A stretch of 64,000 nucleotides of DNA, from NCBI RefSeq assembly GCF_009914755.1, contig NC_060940.1. One strand, 5' to 3'. Under the pieces are notes generated by a model. It had not been told where the DNA came from. It worked only from the letters and a program-made list of their open reading frames with translations, and ran no database searches. Every line of letters starts with the position of its first letter. Position 1 is the stretch's first letter. Source of the stretch: the human T2T-CHM13v2.0 reference genome, Homo sapiens. A program made the translations under genes and the position numbers. This document shows positions 12,992 through 26,012 of this stretch, piece after piece.

Positions 12992-13029
12992 GCAGCCATG
13001 TTCTTCCTCGGCTTTGGCCCTGCCCAGCC

Positions 13030-13430
13030 CCCCACTAAACACAGTTGATTGGTCCAGGGTTTGACATTCAATCCAAGCCTGATCAATCAGAATCCTTCTC
13101 TGGGATTTTTCACATTGGAACCGAAAATCAGAGCCAGACCCTCTCTGATATCTAGCAGCAGAAGACGTGAGACTGACATGAAAGCCAGGAGCAGTGGGCA
13201 GCCATTCTCAGGAGAAAGTGGAGATGACACAGGAGCAGAGAGGGATGGCAGTATCTGAGATCCGTGGTGTGGTCAGTGCCCAAAGTCCAGCTGGGTCTCC
13301 TCTCTTTCTGGGGCTTAGTTCTTCAATAAATTCTCCCTTGCAATCCACGAGCCAATAAATACCTCTCTGTCTAAGCCAGTAGTGGTTATATTTTAGTTTT
13401 TGACAATCAAAAAGAGTTCAGATGGATACG
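13030..13430 (+). mobile_element. MLT1J/K-like MaLR LTR
   Basis: TGATTGGTCCAGG...CAATCAGAATCC...GAGCCAATAAATACC...CTAAGCCAGT. Confidence 0.55.
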
Positions 13431-13761
13431 GAGGTCCTGTGTGCATATTTCCTAGTCCTTTGTTGGAGACCAGGTAAGTAAAACTGGGATCAGCTGAGCC
13501 TCTTTTACAATGATGCCTCTTCATTCTATAACAGGAAGGAGATTCAGCTGAAAAGTTTTCCATGCCTGAAGATTAGGCATTGGTTTCTAAGGAATCCAAA
13601 AGGCTGGTCCTAACTCAAAATAGCTCAGGATCTGAGGAAGAACACTAGCCAGAGAGTTGAGAGATGCAACCTCTCAGGCACACATGGAATGGGTGTGGCC
13701 CATCCCTCATCTTCCTTCCCTTGGCCTCAATCTCCTCATCTGTAGAACAAGAGAGCTGCCT

Positions 13762-13988
13762 AGATCATGGTTTCAGTCCCTTACCTGCCACCCTCACCAT
13801 GGGAACCAGTGTTTATATAACACTTTTTAAAAATATGTTCTCTCTGTTGTCCTTTATCTGTGAATAATGAATTTGATGTGCCAGCCATCTCTTCCCAATG
13901 CATTTTAAAATGCATAATTGCTCAAATAGAACATGTTTGACTGTGTACCATCCAAATGCCCTTGGGTACCACAGTTGGAAAACAATGA
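13762..13988. mobile_element. hAT-Charlie-like DNA transposon fossil
   Basis: CATGGTTTC at the start and GTACCACAGTTGGAAAACAATG at the end resemble Charlie-type termini. Confidence 0.4.
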
Positions 13989-14289
13989 AGCAGATGATCT
14001 CTAAGAAGCCAGCAACCATGTCATGGAAGGCAAGGTCAGAGGTCAGTCTGTTCAGCATTCATTCAACAAACATTTACAAATTTCCTGCTCCAGGATGACC
14101 ACTCTGAGAAACCGTAACATACATTGTTTTAGCTGACAGTAGGTGAGCATTTATAATGGGCTGGGCACTGGGCTAAATGTTTTACAGATGGTCTCTCACT
14201 TTTATCCACGGAAAAATCCCACAAGATAGATAAAATGAATGTCTGAGTCTCAGAAAGGTGAATTATTCATCACTTAGACCCAAAGCTAG

Positions 14290-14780
14290 TGGGTTAGTTT
14301 TCTATAACTGCCATAACAAATCATAACAAATTTAGTGACTTAAAACATACATTTATCATCTTACAGTTCTGCAGGTCAGAAGTCCAACACAGTTCTCTCT
14401 GGGCTAAGATCAAGGTATTAGTAGGGCTTGTTCCTTCTGGAGGCTGTAAAGGAGAATCTGTTTCCTTGCTTTTTTTCAGCTTCCAGAGGCCACCCCATTC
14501 CTTGGTTCATGGCCCCTTCCTTCATCTTCAAAGCCAGCAATACAGGCTGTCCCTTCTCATGTTTCAGTCTCTCTGGTTCTCTGCAGCCAGGAAAAGTGCT
14601 TGACTTTTAAGTACCCATGTGATCAGGCCCTCTGGATAGTCCAGGATTCTCTCCCCCATCTCATGGTCCTTAGCCTTAATCACATCTTCAAAGCCCCTTA
14701 TGCTATGTAAGGTAACATATTCACAGGTCCCAGGGGTTAGGACATGGACATCACTGGGGCCAGTGATCTGATCCCACCCA
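14290..14780 (-). mobile_element. MLT1D-like MaLR LTR inserted in a MIR
   Basis: CTGCCATAACAAATC...ACAGTTCTGCAGGTCAGAAGTCC...GGTAACATATTCACAGGTCCCAGGGGTTAGGACATGGACATC; MIR sequence on both sides. Confidence 0.85.
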
Positions 14781-15028
14781 GCACAGGTAGTAAGGGGCAG
14801 AGGGGAGACTGAAACTTTCATTTGATGGTTTTAACCACTACCATAGACAGAAGCAGTCCTCAGGCGGCTTTGCTTTACAGGAGCAGGGAAGAGTGACATA
14901 GAAAGGGTGACCACTTGATATTATAGACCATATCATTGTGTTATAATCTCTCTCTCCAGCTAGAATGTAAACTCCATGAGGGGAATTCCATATACCCTGC
15001 TCACTGCTGAATCCCATCACCTAGAGCC

Positions 15029-15277
15029 CTACCATCTAATATGGTAGCCACCTGTGGTCATTGAGCACTTGACATGTGACTCAAGTATAGTATTCACAGT
15101 GATTTCAAAGCCAGTATAAAAAAGAAAAAAGAATTGTTACATATTGATGTTTTGGAAAATTTGGATTAAATAAAATAAATTCCTGAAATTTATTTCGCCA
15201 TTTTTTAACCTTTCTTTTCTGGCTACCAGAAAATTTAAAATTACATAAGCAGCTTGCACATCTATTGGACAATGCTG
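15029..15277 (-). mobile_element. MER33 hAT-Charlie fossil within an L2 fragment
   Basis: GGTAGCCAC...TTGAGCACTTGACATGTG ... GCTACCAGAAAATTTAAAATTACATA...CTATTGGACAATGCTG. Confidence 0.8.
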
Positions 15278-15593
15278 ATCTGAATGAATAGTTGGTGCAT
15301 GGCAGACATCCAGTGCACATCAATCAAGTGAATAGAGGGACAAAATAGCAGGAGATAAGTGGAGAACAAAACGGAGTCTGGCATTTTCAAATACTGTCTG
15401 ATTGGGAAAGTCGCGGGCTGTAAACCCGGAGAGGCAGGCAGTGGACGAGACATGGATTCCTACAGTGAGCCAATGTTTCCCGAATGCCTCATACAGGTTA
15501 AGTTGGAGTATATTTATTCTATTTGCCTGGGTAGAAGCAGCGAAGTATGCTAGGAAATGATATGGCTGAATTTCTGTTTGAGAAAGAAGATTC

Positions 15594-15736
15594 TTTTTTT
15601 TTTTCTTAATTTTTCTTTAGAGATGGGATCTTGCTATGCTGCCCAGGCTCGTCTCAAACTCTTGGTCTCAAACGATCCTCCCACCCTGGCCCTCTCAAAG
15701 TGCTGGGATTACAGGTATGAGCTACCATATCCAGCC
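15594..15736 (-). mobile_element. FLAM-type Alu monomer
   Basis: Single left-arm monomer with T tail; degraded TSD TGAGAAAGAAGATTCTT / TGAGGAAGGGCATTCTT. Confidence 0.85.
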
Positions 15737-16670
15737 CTGAGGAAGGGCATTCTTTAACTTAGGACAAGGCTGGACTGGGAAGAAGGCTCAGTCTTCTGGC
15801 AAACATGAAGCATGGGGAGATGGTGAAGCATGCCTTCTTTAAGATAAAGTAGCTGAGAAGCAACATGAAGGTGCTTGTAGAGAAGGGGGTAGCTTTATGT
15901 ATCTTAGAACCAAATCGAGTAAGAAGCAATGAAATGAAATTGGGTAAAACTGTAAATGGAAAGGTCACATCACAGGGAGGGCTGCATCTAAGTTCTGCCC
16001 TGTGAGGATGATGGAACAAAGGGCGCCCAAGTCCAAAGCAGAGACAGGCAAATCGAGAGCAGACAGCAGGAAGGAATGTTTCATTCTGGACATCACAAAC
16101 CCCGAGACAGCTTCAGCAGAAGTAACGTGGATGCCCGCAATCAGGGTCAGCCCAGCTCTGGGCAGCAGGTGCCGGGTGGATCAACTCCAACCTGACCGAG
16201 AGGAGAGGACACACCTCGCCAGGGCTGCCGAGCACCAGCCAGCCCTCCCAGCGCTTCTGAGCTCTTTGTTACAGAATCAGGGCAGCACACTTTAGAAGGG
16301 AGGCCAGTAGGTTCAGAGACCTTCTCAAGCCCTGTCTGCAACGTGCCTTCGTTAAATATTTCACAGAGCAGAAAGCCCACTTCAAAAGAGGAAAGCCTCT
16401 GCAGCCTGCAATGGGCTGGAAGCTCCCGAGTCAGGGTGACCAGCCCAGGGCTGCTGCAACTCCACACTTGTTTTTTTGTTTTTTTGTTTTGGTGGGGGAG
16501 GGCTTTGTTTTATTTCACCCTCTTGTCTAATCCCACTTAATTTCAAAACAGAAATACAACCCACAAATGTTGAATTCATTGAAGCACACAAAGGAATCAT
16601 GATGTAGGTTCAAAGGGGAGGGTTGAAGCTGCATTCTGAGCACTGAGGAAAAGGAACAACAAGGAAGTAA

Positions 16671-17162
<492 letters not shown>

Positions 17163-17192
17163 TGGAAAAAGTTTTAAAAAGGGGAAACTTCA

Positions 17193-17355
17193 GGCCGAGC
17201 GTGTCCACTCACATCTGTAATCCCAGCATTTTGGGAGGCTGTGGTGAGAGGATCACTTGAACCAGGAAGGTCGAGGCTGCAATGAGCCATGATTACACCA
17301 TTTCACTCCAGCCTGGGTGACAGAGATAGGCTCTGTCTTTATAAAAAAAAAAAAA
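17193..17355 (+). mobile_element. FRAM-type or internally deleted Alu monomer
   Basis: GGCCGAGC...TGTAATCCCAGC...GAGGCTGCAATGAGCCATGAT...CAGCCTGGGTGACAGAG plus A tail. Confidence 0.85.
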
Positions 17356-17384
17356 GGGGGGGGCGGTGGGGAGAGGAATTTTAC

Positions 17385-18850
17385 ATTCACATGTACTTTT
17401 TCTCTCTCTCAAAATCTCATTGAAATGAAAATAAATGGATTTTTAAAAAGAAATCAGAAATAAACCAGCAAACATAAAGAGAGTGAGCAAGGAGACAATA
17501 ACAATAAAATATGGGATACAGGGAAGCAAGTGGATGAGGAGTAAGTGACTTAGACCCCGAAACATACTCCTAAGTCTGCAGGGAGCTGAGAAGCAAATCC
17601 ATTTACATAACGGGGTTCCCAAAAGACTCTGCACCAGGACCCTCTGGAATCCTTCACTAGTTCTCCCAGCTTGTGGAATAAAGTCCAACTTAGCACGTTA
17701 ACCCAAGGGATGGAGCTCTGTAGATGTTGGTTGACTGTCCACTACTTCTCTCCCCAAGTAGCGGGAGATCACAGCCTGGCTCCTGGCTCACAGTGAATAT
17801 TCTAAAATTCCAGATTCCCTTTAGTTCCCCCACACAGGAGTGGGGAGCTGATATGGTTTGGCTGTGTCCCCACTCAAATCTCATCTTGAATTGTAGCTCC
17901 CATAATTCCCACATGTCATGGGAGGGACCCTGTGGGGGGTAATTGAATCATGGGGGCAGGTCTTTCCCATGTGGTTCTTCTGATAATGAGTAAGTCTCAT
18001 GAGATCTGGTGGCTTTACACGGGAAAGTTCCCCTGCACAAGCTCTCTTGCCTGCTGCCATGCACGATGTGACTTTGCTCCTCCTTTGCCTTCTACCATGA
18101 TTGTGAGGCCTCCCCAACCATGTGGAACTGTGAGTCAGTTAAACCTATTTCCTTTAGAAATTACCCAGTCTCAGGTATGTCTTTATTCATAGCGTGAGAA
18201 CAGACTAATACAGGAGCTATGGTTACTTTTTTTTAATTTGCACAACTTTTTTTATTTACCCCCCGATTTAATCATTGCTTTCTTTTCATGTGCTTAGTTT
18301 CTAGGTGTGAATTGTTAATTCTACCCCCAAATCCCTGCTAATTGTCTAAATTTCCTCTGTGCTCCTTCTGTGCTCAGATATATCTAGCATTTCATCTTTT
18401 AAAATAATTCTCTCCTGAAACTGTAGGCAAGAAAAAACAATCAGACCATAATGATGGCTCAGTTGTGGATATCATTTGCATGGTCAAAAGAATGCAAGCT
18501 CTGAAGGTCAATCCAATGGACATTATGATATAATCATGTTGACAGGATGAGGCACTGAAAGAATGCATGAGGGTGAGAGACAGCTACACCCACATCATTC
18601 ACAGATGAGACAGCATCTGATAATGCTGAAAGCTGAGAAGTCAACAGACATGATATGGACAAGGGATTAGAGACATGGAGATGCATGCCGAAAGAATCAA
18701 CTAAAAGAGTTGAAAGTGATTGTTCCGGGGAAGAAGAAATGAAGAAAAGGTGGAGGGTTGTAGTTTTTCGTGACCTATCTTGGAAAACAATGTAACCCTT
18801 TAAGTGTAGGAATAACTATGAAAAATATATATCTAATTAAGTTATCACCG
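17385..18850 (+). mobile_element. HAL1/L1M-like remnants (5' part about 17385-17660, 3' part about 18440-18850) split by THE1B
   Basis: GGAGACAATAACAATAAAAT...GGAAGCAAGTGGATGAG...GTGACTTAG and CTAAAAGAGTTGAAAGTGATTG; the 3' part resembles 51300-51730. Confidence 0.5.
17849..18212 (+). mobile_element. THE1B-type MaLR solo LTR
   Basis: TGATATGGTTTGGCTGTGTCCCCAC ... CAGACTAATACA; perfect TSD GGAGC (17844-17848, 18213-18217). Confidence 0.92.
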
Positions 18851-19519
18851 ATAAAAGTAGTGCCACGGGTAAGAGCAGATGATGGGAACAGCCCCAACAC
18901 TTACCAGCTGGCAGGCTCACATGCTTAACTCATGTGTTCAGTAAGTGCGTATCAAGTCCCAGGTTGTGTCAAGTGCTCTCCTAGGTGTTGGGGACCCAGA
19001 GTGAACACCATCAATTCTGGCTACTGTTCAGTTCTAGTCCCTGCTCCTTTGGGTTCCTGATCTTAACCTAGCCCTTCTGGCTCCAGCCTTCACCTCCATC
19101 TGGTCACACTGGCTGAGTCATCTGTACGTGTTCTGACTCATTGCTTAACCTCTCCCAAGACTCACAAGATGAAGGGACCCATGACCCCATGACCTCCCTG
19201 GGGAACCCCACACCCTCTCATGGGCACCTCCCTTCCCCCTGAATGACTGCTAGGACATGGGACTGGCCCCTCCTTAAGTGTACCCCACAGCAGATGCAAA
19301 GACCAGCTGATAGAGAAGAGAAGCAGCCCCAATCATGTAAATGGTGAATCTGACCCTGTTCTTGTGCAATTGACCAGACACATCGACCCTTCCCTCTTGC
19401 CCCATCCCTGCTTCTGAGTGTCACCCCCCCCCCGCCCCACCTTAAGGCATGCTTCCTCTAGGAGGCTTCGGCTACCCTGGGACGGTTAGAGGCCACGCAG
19501 TGAGCCCACCCAGCTCTGC

Positions 19520-19700
19520 CTACCCTCCCATGGTGGCTCTCCCCACACTATGTAACAGCTCTTTACTTGATCTGTCATGTTTCCAGACTATACCTGAGCT
19601 CCCTGAGGCCAGGAGCAACACCTGCCTTGTCCACTCCACCTTCCCAATACCTTCCCTGGAGCCTGGTGTTCAACAAGTATTTGCCCAGTGGATTAATTTG
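19520..19700 (+). mobile_element. L2 3' region
   Basis: GACTATACCTGAGCTCCCTGAGGCCAGG...CAACAAGTATTTG. Confidence 0.55.
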
Positions 19701-20321
19701 TGGGCAGACCCTACTGGGGCCCTGTGAGTTGAGTTAGAGTGATGTGTGCCTGAAGGCCCACGCACGACCAGCCAGAGTCTGTCAGCTCCTGCCATAAACT
19801 CAGAACTCAGAACCCTCGAGACTGTCCTCAGCTACCAGTCCAGCGCCTGCCACTCCTCCACCCATCCTGCCCGCCCCTGAGTTCACCATCTGAACTCCTA
19901 GGCACATCTGCTCCCACCTCTCAGCAGTCCAAATAGGCATTCCTTACCTCCAACCTCATTTTCCCTAGGACTTTTCTTGAAAACATTCAGCCCAACAGAA
20001 AAACTGAAGAAAAGTACAACCAACTCCCATATCCTCTTCATTCGATCACTATTAATGTTCTACGCATTTTCTTTGTGTATGTGTGTGCTGGGCAAAGCAT
20101 TTGAAAGTATTTTGGCCTTCATCCTAATAATACGGGCATTCCCCCATATAATCACATAAGAAATTTCACAGTAAATTGGTAATTCCATCTAATATATCAT
20201 CCATGTTCAAATTTCCCCATTGCTCCAGCAGTGTCCTTCATAGTTTTATTTGAGTCTAAGACCAATGAAAGTCCATGCATTGAATCTGGTGGTGATGCTC
20301 TCCAACCTCTCTTAGTCCAGA

Positions 20322-20490
20322 CCCCTGTACTCAAACTGTGGTCGTCACAACAGCAGCAGCAGTATCAGCTTCGATATTGTTAGAAAGGCACAACCCCAGT
20401 CCACCCCCTGACCTTCTGAACCAGAGTTTGCATTTTAACAAGATCTCCAGGGAAATTGTATACATCTTAAAGTGTAAGAGCTCTTCCTTG
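20322..20490 (+). mobile_element. MER5A1-type fossil
   Basis: CTCAAACTGTGGTC...CAGCAGCAGTATCAGC...TTTGCATTTTAACAAGATCTCCAGG. Confidence 0.8.
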
Positions 20491-20494
20491 AAAA

Positions 20495-20765
20495 ACACAC
20501 ACATACATATATATACACATACATACATGTACACTCATACCTACATGCATACACATGCATATGCCCACATACATGTATACACAAACATATGCATATACCC
20601 ACATACCTATACATACATACATGCATATACCCACATACATACACACATATACACACATATATACACCTACATATACACAAACACATATATACACATGCAC
20701 ATACCTACACACATCATACATATACACACACATAAACCTACACACACGACACACACATCTATACC
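20495..20765. repeat. Imperfect (CA/TA)n microsatellite
   Basis: Alternating CACATATAC units seen directly. Confidence 0.95.
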
Positions 20766-21439
20766 CTTTTTATTTCTTGTGGCAGTGGCTTTTTTTGTTT
20801 TTTCGAAGAGTCCGAGCCAGTTGTCTCATGGAATGTCCCACATGGGAATCTGTCTACTTGTTTCCTTGTGATTAGATTCAGAGCAACATTTTTAGTGAGA
20901 AAACCATGTAGATGATGTCTTCAACTTATTACTGTATCATAGAAGAAAGCTCATAATGTCAGATGTCCTGACTTTTGGTGATGCTACATTTGATCATTTA
21001 GTTAAGATGGTGAATGTCAGGTCTCACCACTGGTAAAGGTCCATTTTTTTCCTTGTAATTTCTAGTTAACATGCGGGGTGATGCTTTGAAACCATAAGGA
21101 TATACTGTTCCCCAGCACCTTTCACCTGACAGTTTCAGCATCCTTTATGCTCCTTGCTTGAAGATATTATTGCACTGGAGGTTGAAAAATGATAATTTTC
21201 TCATTCTGTCTACATTGATTAGTTGGCATTTTTCTGTAAAGAAGAGTTCCTCTCCTCCCCCATCCCTTCTCTCTCTCCCTTTTTCTCTTTCTCTTTCTCT
21301 CTCCCCTAGTCTATTACCAACCATAGACTCATGAATACAGTATTGTTCTGTTTGACACTCAAAAATTGATCTAAATTTGGCCTGTGGGAGCCCATGCAAG
21401 CTGGCAGCCATGTGCCTTATTCCTCTCTGCATGTCTAGT

Positions 21440-21668
21440 AGCTCTGCTACTCTGGGCAAGTGACTTCATCTCTTTCTCAGTCTCTTCTCTGGAAGTTAGA
21501 TAATGTAACGATTGACCTTGATAGGTTTTTTGTAAGATGAAATGAGTGAGCACATGTGAAACATTTGGAACTGTGCCTGCCACGCGCTAAAGCCAATGTA
21601 AGTGCTCGTTATTACATATTCTTATCATCTTTATCATGATGATCATCACAACCACCACCATCACCACC
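21440..21668 (+). mobile_element. MIR with (CAT/CAC)n tail
   Basis: CTGGGCAAGTGACTT...AAATGAGTGAGCACATGTGAAACATTTGGAACTGTGCCTG. Confidence 0.75.
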
Positions 21669-22896
21669 TCCCAGCCCAGGCTTTGGCATGGCTAGAGCTC
21701 CACAGGCAGCCGAGGGAGGAAGGGATGGAGGAAGAGAGAAAGGGTAGAGTAAAAATCTTTAAGAGGAGAGATGATATGTCAGCAACCCCTGGAAGCCCCT
21801 TCCTTCCCACCCTTCCTCCCAACCCTTCCTCACTCCCCTGCTCATGACCACTTGTTTGCTAATATCCAGCCTCCAGAGTAGGTGTGAAGCCCATCCTATC
21901 CCCTCACCCATGGAGACATATTTGGTGAACTGAACTAACACAGGGCTGTTAGATAAACCCGAGTTCTGGCTGACAAGATGTGTGCTCTTTCCCATCTGCT
22001 GCCTTCTAAACAATGCTGGTCTTATTATTTCAAACGACACGCAGTTCTCTCTGTAAATCTGCTTGTCATGCCAATTCAGATTTTATGTAAGTGCATTTCT
22101 CATTTCATTTTCCTCTGCATACAAGTCACTGATGCAAGGCAGCTAAACCCCAGGTCTGCCACACTCCCTGAAGGATGACCTTGGCCTAGTCTTCACTTCC
22201 TTGACCCCAGAAGGCACCTTGGTTCTCATTACAGAGACCATGAGGAGTCTCTGAAAGTTCGGGGGTAGGGGTGGTAAATTATGAAACAAGAACAACAGGA
22301 AGTTGGTGCTTGTTGAAGCTGGCAATGAGTGTATGAGAGTTGGTTGTATTATTCTCCCTAATTGCATATGTTTGAAATTTTCCGTAATAAGAAGTTGAGA
22401 AGGAAAACCTCTAAGAGCTGGGCATCTGGGCTGAGTTTTGCAGGGTGAATAAGAGTTTCTGGTCAAATAAGGAGCAGAGGAACAATCCAGACAGAAAGGG
22501 ATGTCACAAGAGTAGAGCCCAGAGCTGGGCAGTCTAGTGGAAGATTATTCTATTTCACCCTAAAATCGTGAAGTGTGATTCAGTTCTGGTACTAACCACC
22601 CATAGTGCAGACCCCAGAAGCTAAGGGCTCAGTCCTCCACAAGACTGTCTTTACCTCAGACACCAGCTCAAGTGGGGTCCCACATCACCTGCCCTTCTGA
22701 CCAACTGGCTACAAATGTGAAGGCTCCTAGTATTCCCTTCAGATTTGATAATTCACTAAAATAGCTCACAGAACTCAGGAAAGCACTATACTTATTACTA
22801 CAATTTTATTATAAAGGATACAAATCAGGACCAGCCAAACAACAAGGTGAGACCCAGGAAGGTCTTGAATATAGAGCTTTCGTGCCCTCTCCCTGT

Positions 22897-23237
22897 CCAT
22901 CTGCCCACTCATCCATCTATCTGCCCACCTATCCATCCATCCATCCATCCATTCACTCATCTGTTCACCCATCCATCCATCCATCCATCCATGCATCTAT
23001 TCACCAATCCATCCATCCATCCATCCACCTATCCATCCATCCATCCACCTATCCATCCATCTATCCACCTATCCATCCACCTATCCATCCATCCCTCCAT
23101 CCATCCATGCATCTATTCACCAATCCATCCATCCATCCATCCACCTATCCATCCATCCATCCACCTATCCATACCTCCATCCATCCCTCCATCCGTCCCT
23201 CCATCCATCCCTCCATCCATCCATCCATCCATCCATC
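22897..23237. repeat. (TCCA)n / (ATCC)n tetranucleotide array
   Basis: Seen directly. Confidence 0.97.
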
Positions 23238-23494
23238 CGTGCCTTCTCCCTGTAGAATCAGGGCCTGTCACTCTCTGGCCCATCAGTGTATTCACCAACA
23301 AGGAAGCTCCACTGAGCTTCAGTGTCTACAGTTTTTATTGGGGTTTCATTACATAGACATGATTGATAACTCAATCTCCAGCCTCCCTCACCTTACTGGA
23401 AGTAAGGCTGGCTCCAAGCTCCAATCTAACCACCTGATTGGTCTTCCTGGTGACCAGCCTCCAGCCCAAGTCATCTCATCTCAGCATAAACTCA

Positions 23495-23844
<350 letters not shown>

Positions 23845-23921
<77 letters not shown>

Positions 23922-24015
23922 GAAGGAAGGAAGGAAGGAAGGAAGGAAGGAAGGAAGGAAGGAGGAAGGAAGGAAGGAAGGAAGGAAGGAAGGAAGGAAG
24001 GAAGGAAGGAAGGAA
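23845..24015 (+). repeat. (GAAA)19 (GGAA)10 GGA (GGAA)13 compound microsatellite
   Basis: Counted directly from the sequence. Confidence 0.97.
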
Positions 24016-24214
24016 TCCAAGAGTTTTACAAGCTCTGTACCAGGCACCTAGGGCTAAGTCCAGACAAATGTTGTTTTACACAACAAAGGTACAAGGCAAC
24101 AGAGAACACTAGGCAACAGGCACATGCTGAGTTTCCCATCTACACCTCTGCTTCTCTGGGTGCTCTGATTTGTGCTATCACCTGATTCTCAAGACATCAC
24201 TGTAGAGTATATGT

Positions 24215-24420
24215 GCAGGGGAGGGAGAGAGGAAGGGAGGAGAGAGAGAGAAATGGAGAAAGAGAAGTGGAGAAAGTGACAGAAAGTAGAAGAGAGGGGA
24301 GAATGAAAGGAATGAAGATAAGGGAGATGGCAGAGAGAGGGAAAGTGGGGGAGATAGAGTGGAAGAGAATGAAAAGAGAGCAGGAGGAAAGAGACAGAGG
24401 AGGGAGAGAAGAGAAAGATT
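24215..24420. repeat. GA-rich low-complexity tract
   Basis: Purine-rich AGAG/GGAA sequence. Confidence 0.85.
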
Positions 24421-24852
24421 TTAACTGCATTTTACAAGAAACTGAGCTCCAGAGAGGATGAATGTCCAATTCAAAATCATATGAAAGAAGCAGCAAGACT
24501 CAAATCCAGGTGAATCATATTCCAACATGTGCTTATTCTGGTCTGGAGAAGAGGGCAAAGTAAGGATTTTATATGAAAATAATGAAGTTTCTGAGACTTT
24601 ATTCTGATGGGTAATAAGAATCCGCAGAGGCTTGTAAACAGGGGAACGCAGTAACAGCTGCGCCTGCAGCTCCATAGGACATGGACAGGAGGGAGGCAGA
24701 GAGAGGTGGCATGCCAGAAAAGAAGAGCCAGGTCTAAAGGGGCAGAGATGAGGCCCCACCTAGAGGATTCATAGGGAAAGGCAATGGGAGACAGAGCAGG
24801 GACAAGGGATGCGCTGCTGGCTGACCCGTTTCCATTTAGAAGCATGAGCCCT

Positions 24853-25177
24853 GGCCGGGCATGGTGGTTCACACCTGTAATTCCAGCACTTTGAGAGGCT
24901 GAGGCAGCTGGATCACCTGAGGTAAGGGGTTCAAGACCAGCCTGGCCAACATGGTGAAACCCTGTCTCCACTAAAAATACAAAAGAATTAGCCAGGTGTG
25001 GTGGTGTGTGCCACCTGTAATCCCAGCTACTCAGGAGTCTGAGGCAGGAGAATCCCTTGAGCCCAGGAGGCAGAGGTTGCAGTGAGCCAAGATCATGCCA
25101 ATGCACTCTAGCCTATGCGACAGAGTGACATTCTGTCTTAAAACAAAACAAAACAAAACAACCACAATAAAAAACAA
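24853..25177 (+). mobile_element. Alu (AluSx/Sz-like)
   Basis: Full Alu; TSD AGAAGCATGAG(C/G)CCT at 24838-24852 and 25178-25192. Confidence 0.95.
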
Positions 25178-26012
25178 AGAAGCATGAGGCCTTCCCCAGC
25201 CATGTAAACACAAGTTGGCTTATTATGTTATACAATATCCAGCCTCTGCTTTCTGCACATGTGTATGTCAGACAATTCTGCTTTTATGCAAATTGCTGTG
25301 TAATCCTTTCATCATCTAAGACATCACTGCTGCTGAATCCACCTGGTCCTCCTATCCCCCTGACAGTCTATACTAGTCACCCTACAGCAAAGAGGTCTAT
25401 GGGCATATCCCCCCACCTTGAATTGCCAAATGAAATCTACCACGAACCAAGTGGCTTGAGGATTTTGCACACTGTCCCAGGCAGGTCAGGCAGAGCATTC
25501 AGGGGCAGCCCAGCCTGTCTCCTTTAGAGAGCCACACCTCCCTCATGCTGCTGGGTTCTGGAGAGAATGTTGGGGACAGCACACCCCACACACGCTTGCT
25601 ACAGTGCAAGGCTCACATCCAGCCACAGCCACATGTGGCTCTTCATCCTCCAGCAACAGTGATGGGTCCAAGGGCAGCCAATCAGAATCATTGCTTGGAA
25701 GGAAAGCTGTCCTATTTCGGTTTGGGTTCATGCCAATCACATTCTATAAAGGTATGAAGGGCATCCTCCAGGCAAAGGCAAGAAGGGACTGGGGGTGAAA
25801 GCAGAGGGAAATAGAGAAGGAAAGTGAGAGAGATCACAATGTATATGAGGCCCTGGCTCAACCCCTGACCTTTCAAGTTATGTGAATCAATTATTCTGTT
25901 TTTCTTCAAGATAGTTATAAGCAAGTTTATTTCACTGGAGACGGTCATGCTAATCTATGGCATTGCTTTGAAATCGGTCATTTTCCATCTACTATTGTTG
26001 TTAGTAATTATC

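Larger units (their letters stand above)
19965..21440 (-). mobile_element. L1MC4/5-like 3' region interrupted by MER5A and a CA/TA repeat
   Basis: CATGTTCAAATTTCCCCATTG; TTTCCTTGTGATTAGATTCAG; TTTGATCATTTAGTTAAGATGGTG; TTAGTTGGCATTTTTCTGTAAAGAAGAG. Confidence 0.7.

Noticed and set aside
20331-20875. His/Thr/Tyr- and Cys/Val/Met-rich ORFs
   Set aside because: Arise from the CA/TA microsatellite and MER5A
24477-25106. 209-aa ORF
   Set aside because: N-terminal half is antisense Alu; the rest has no recognisable domain
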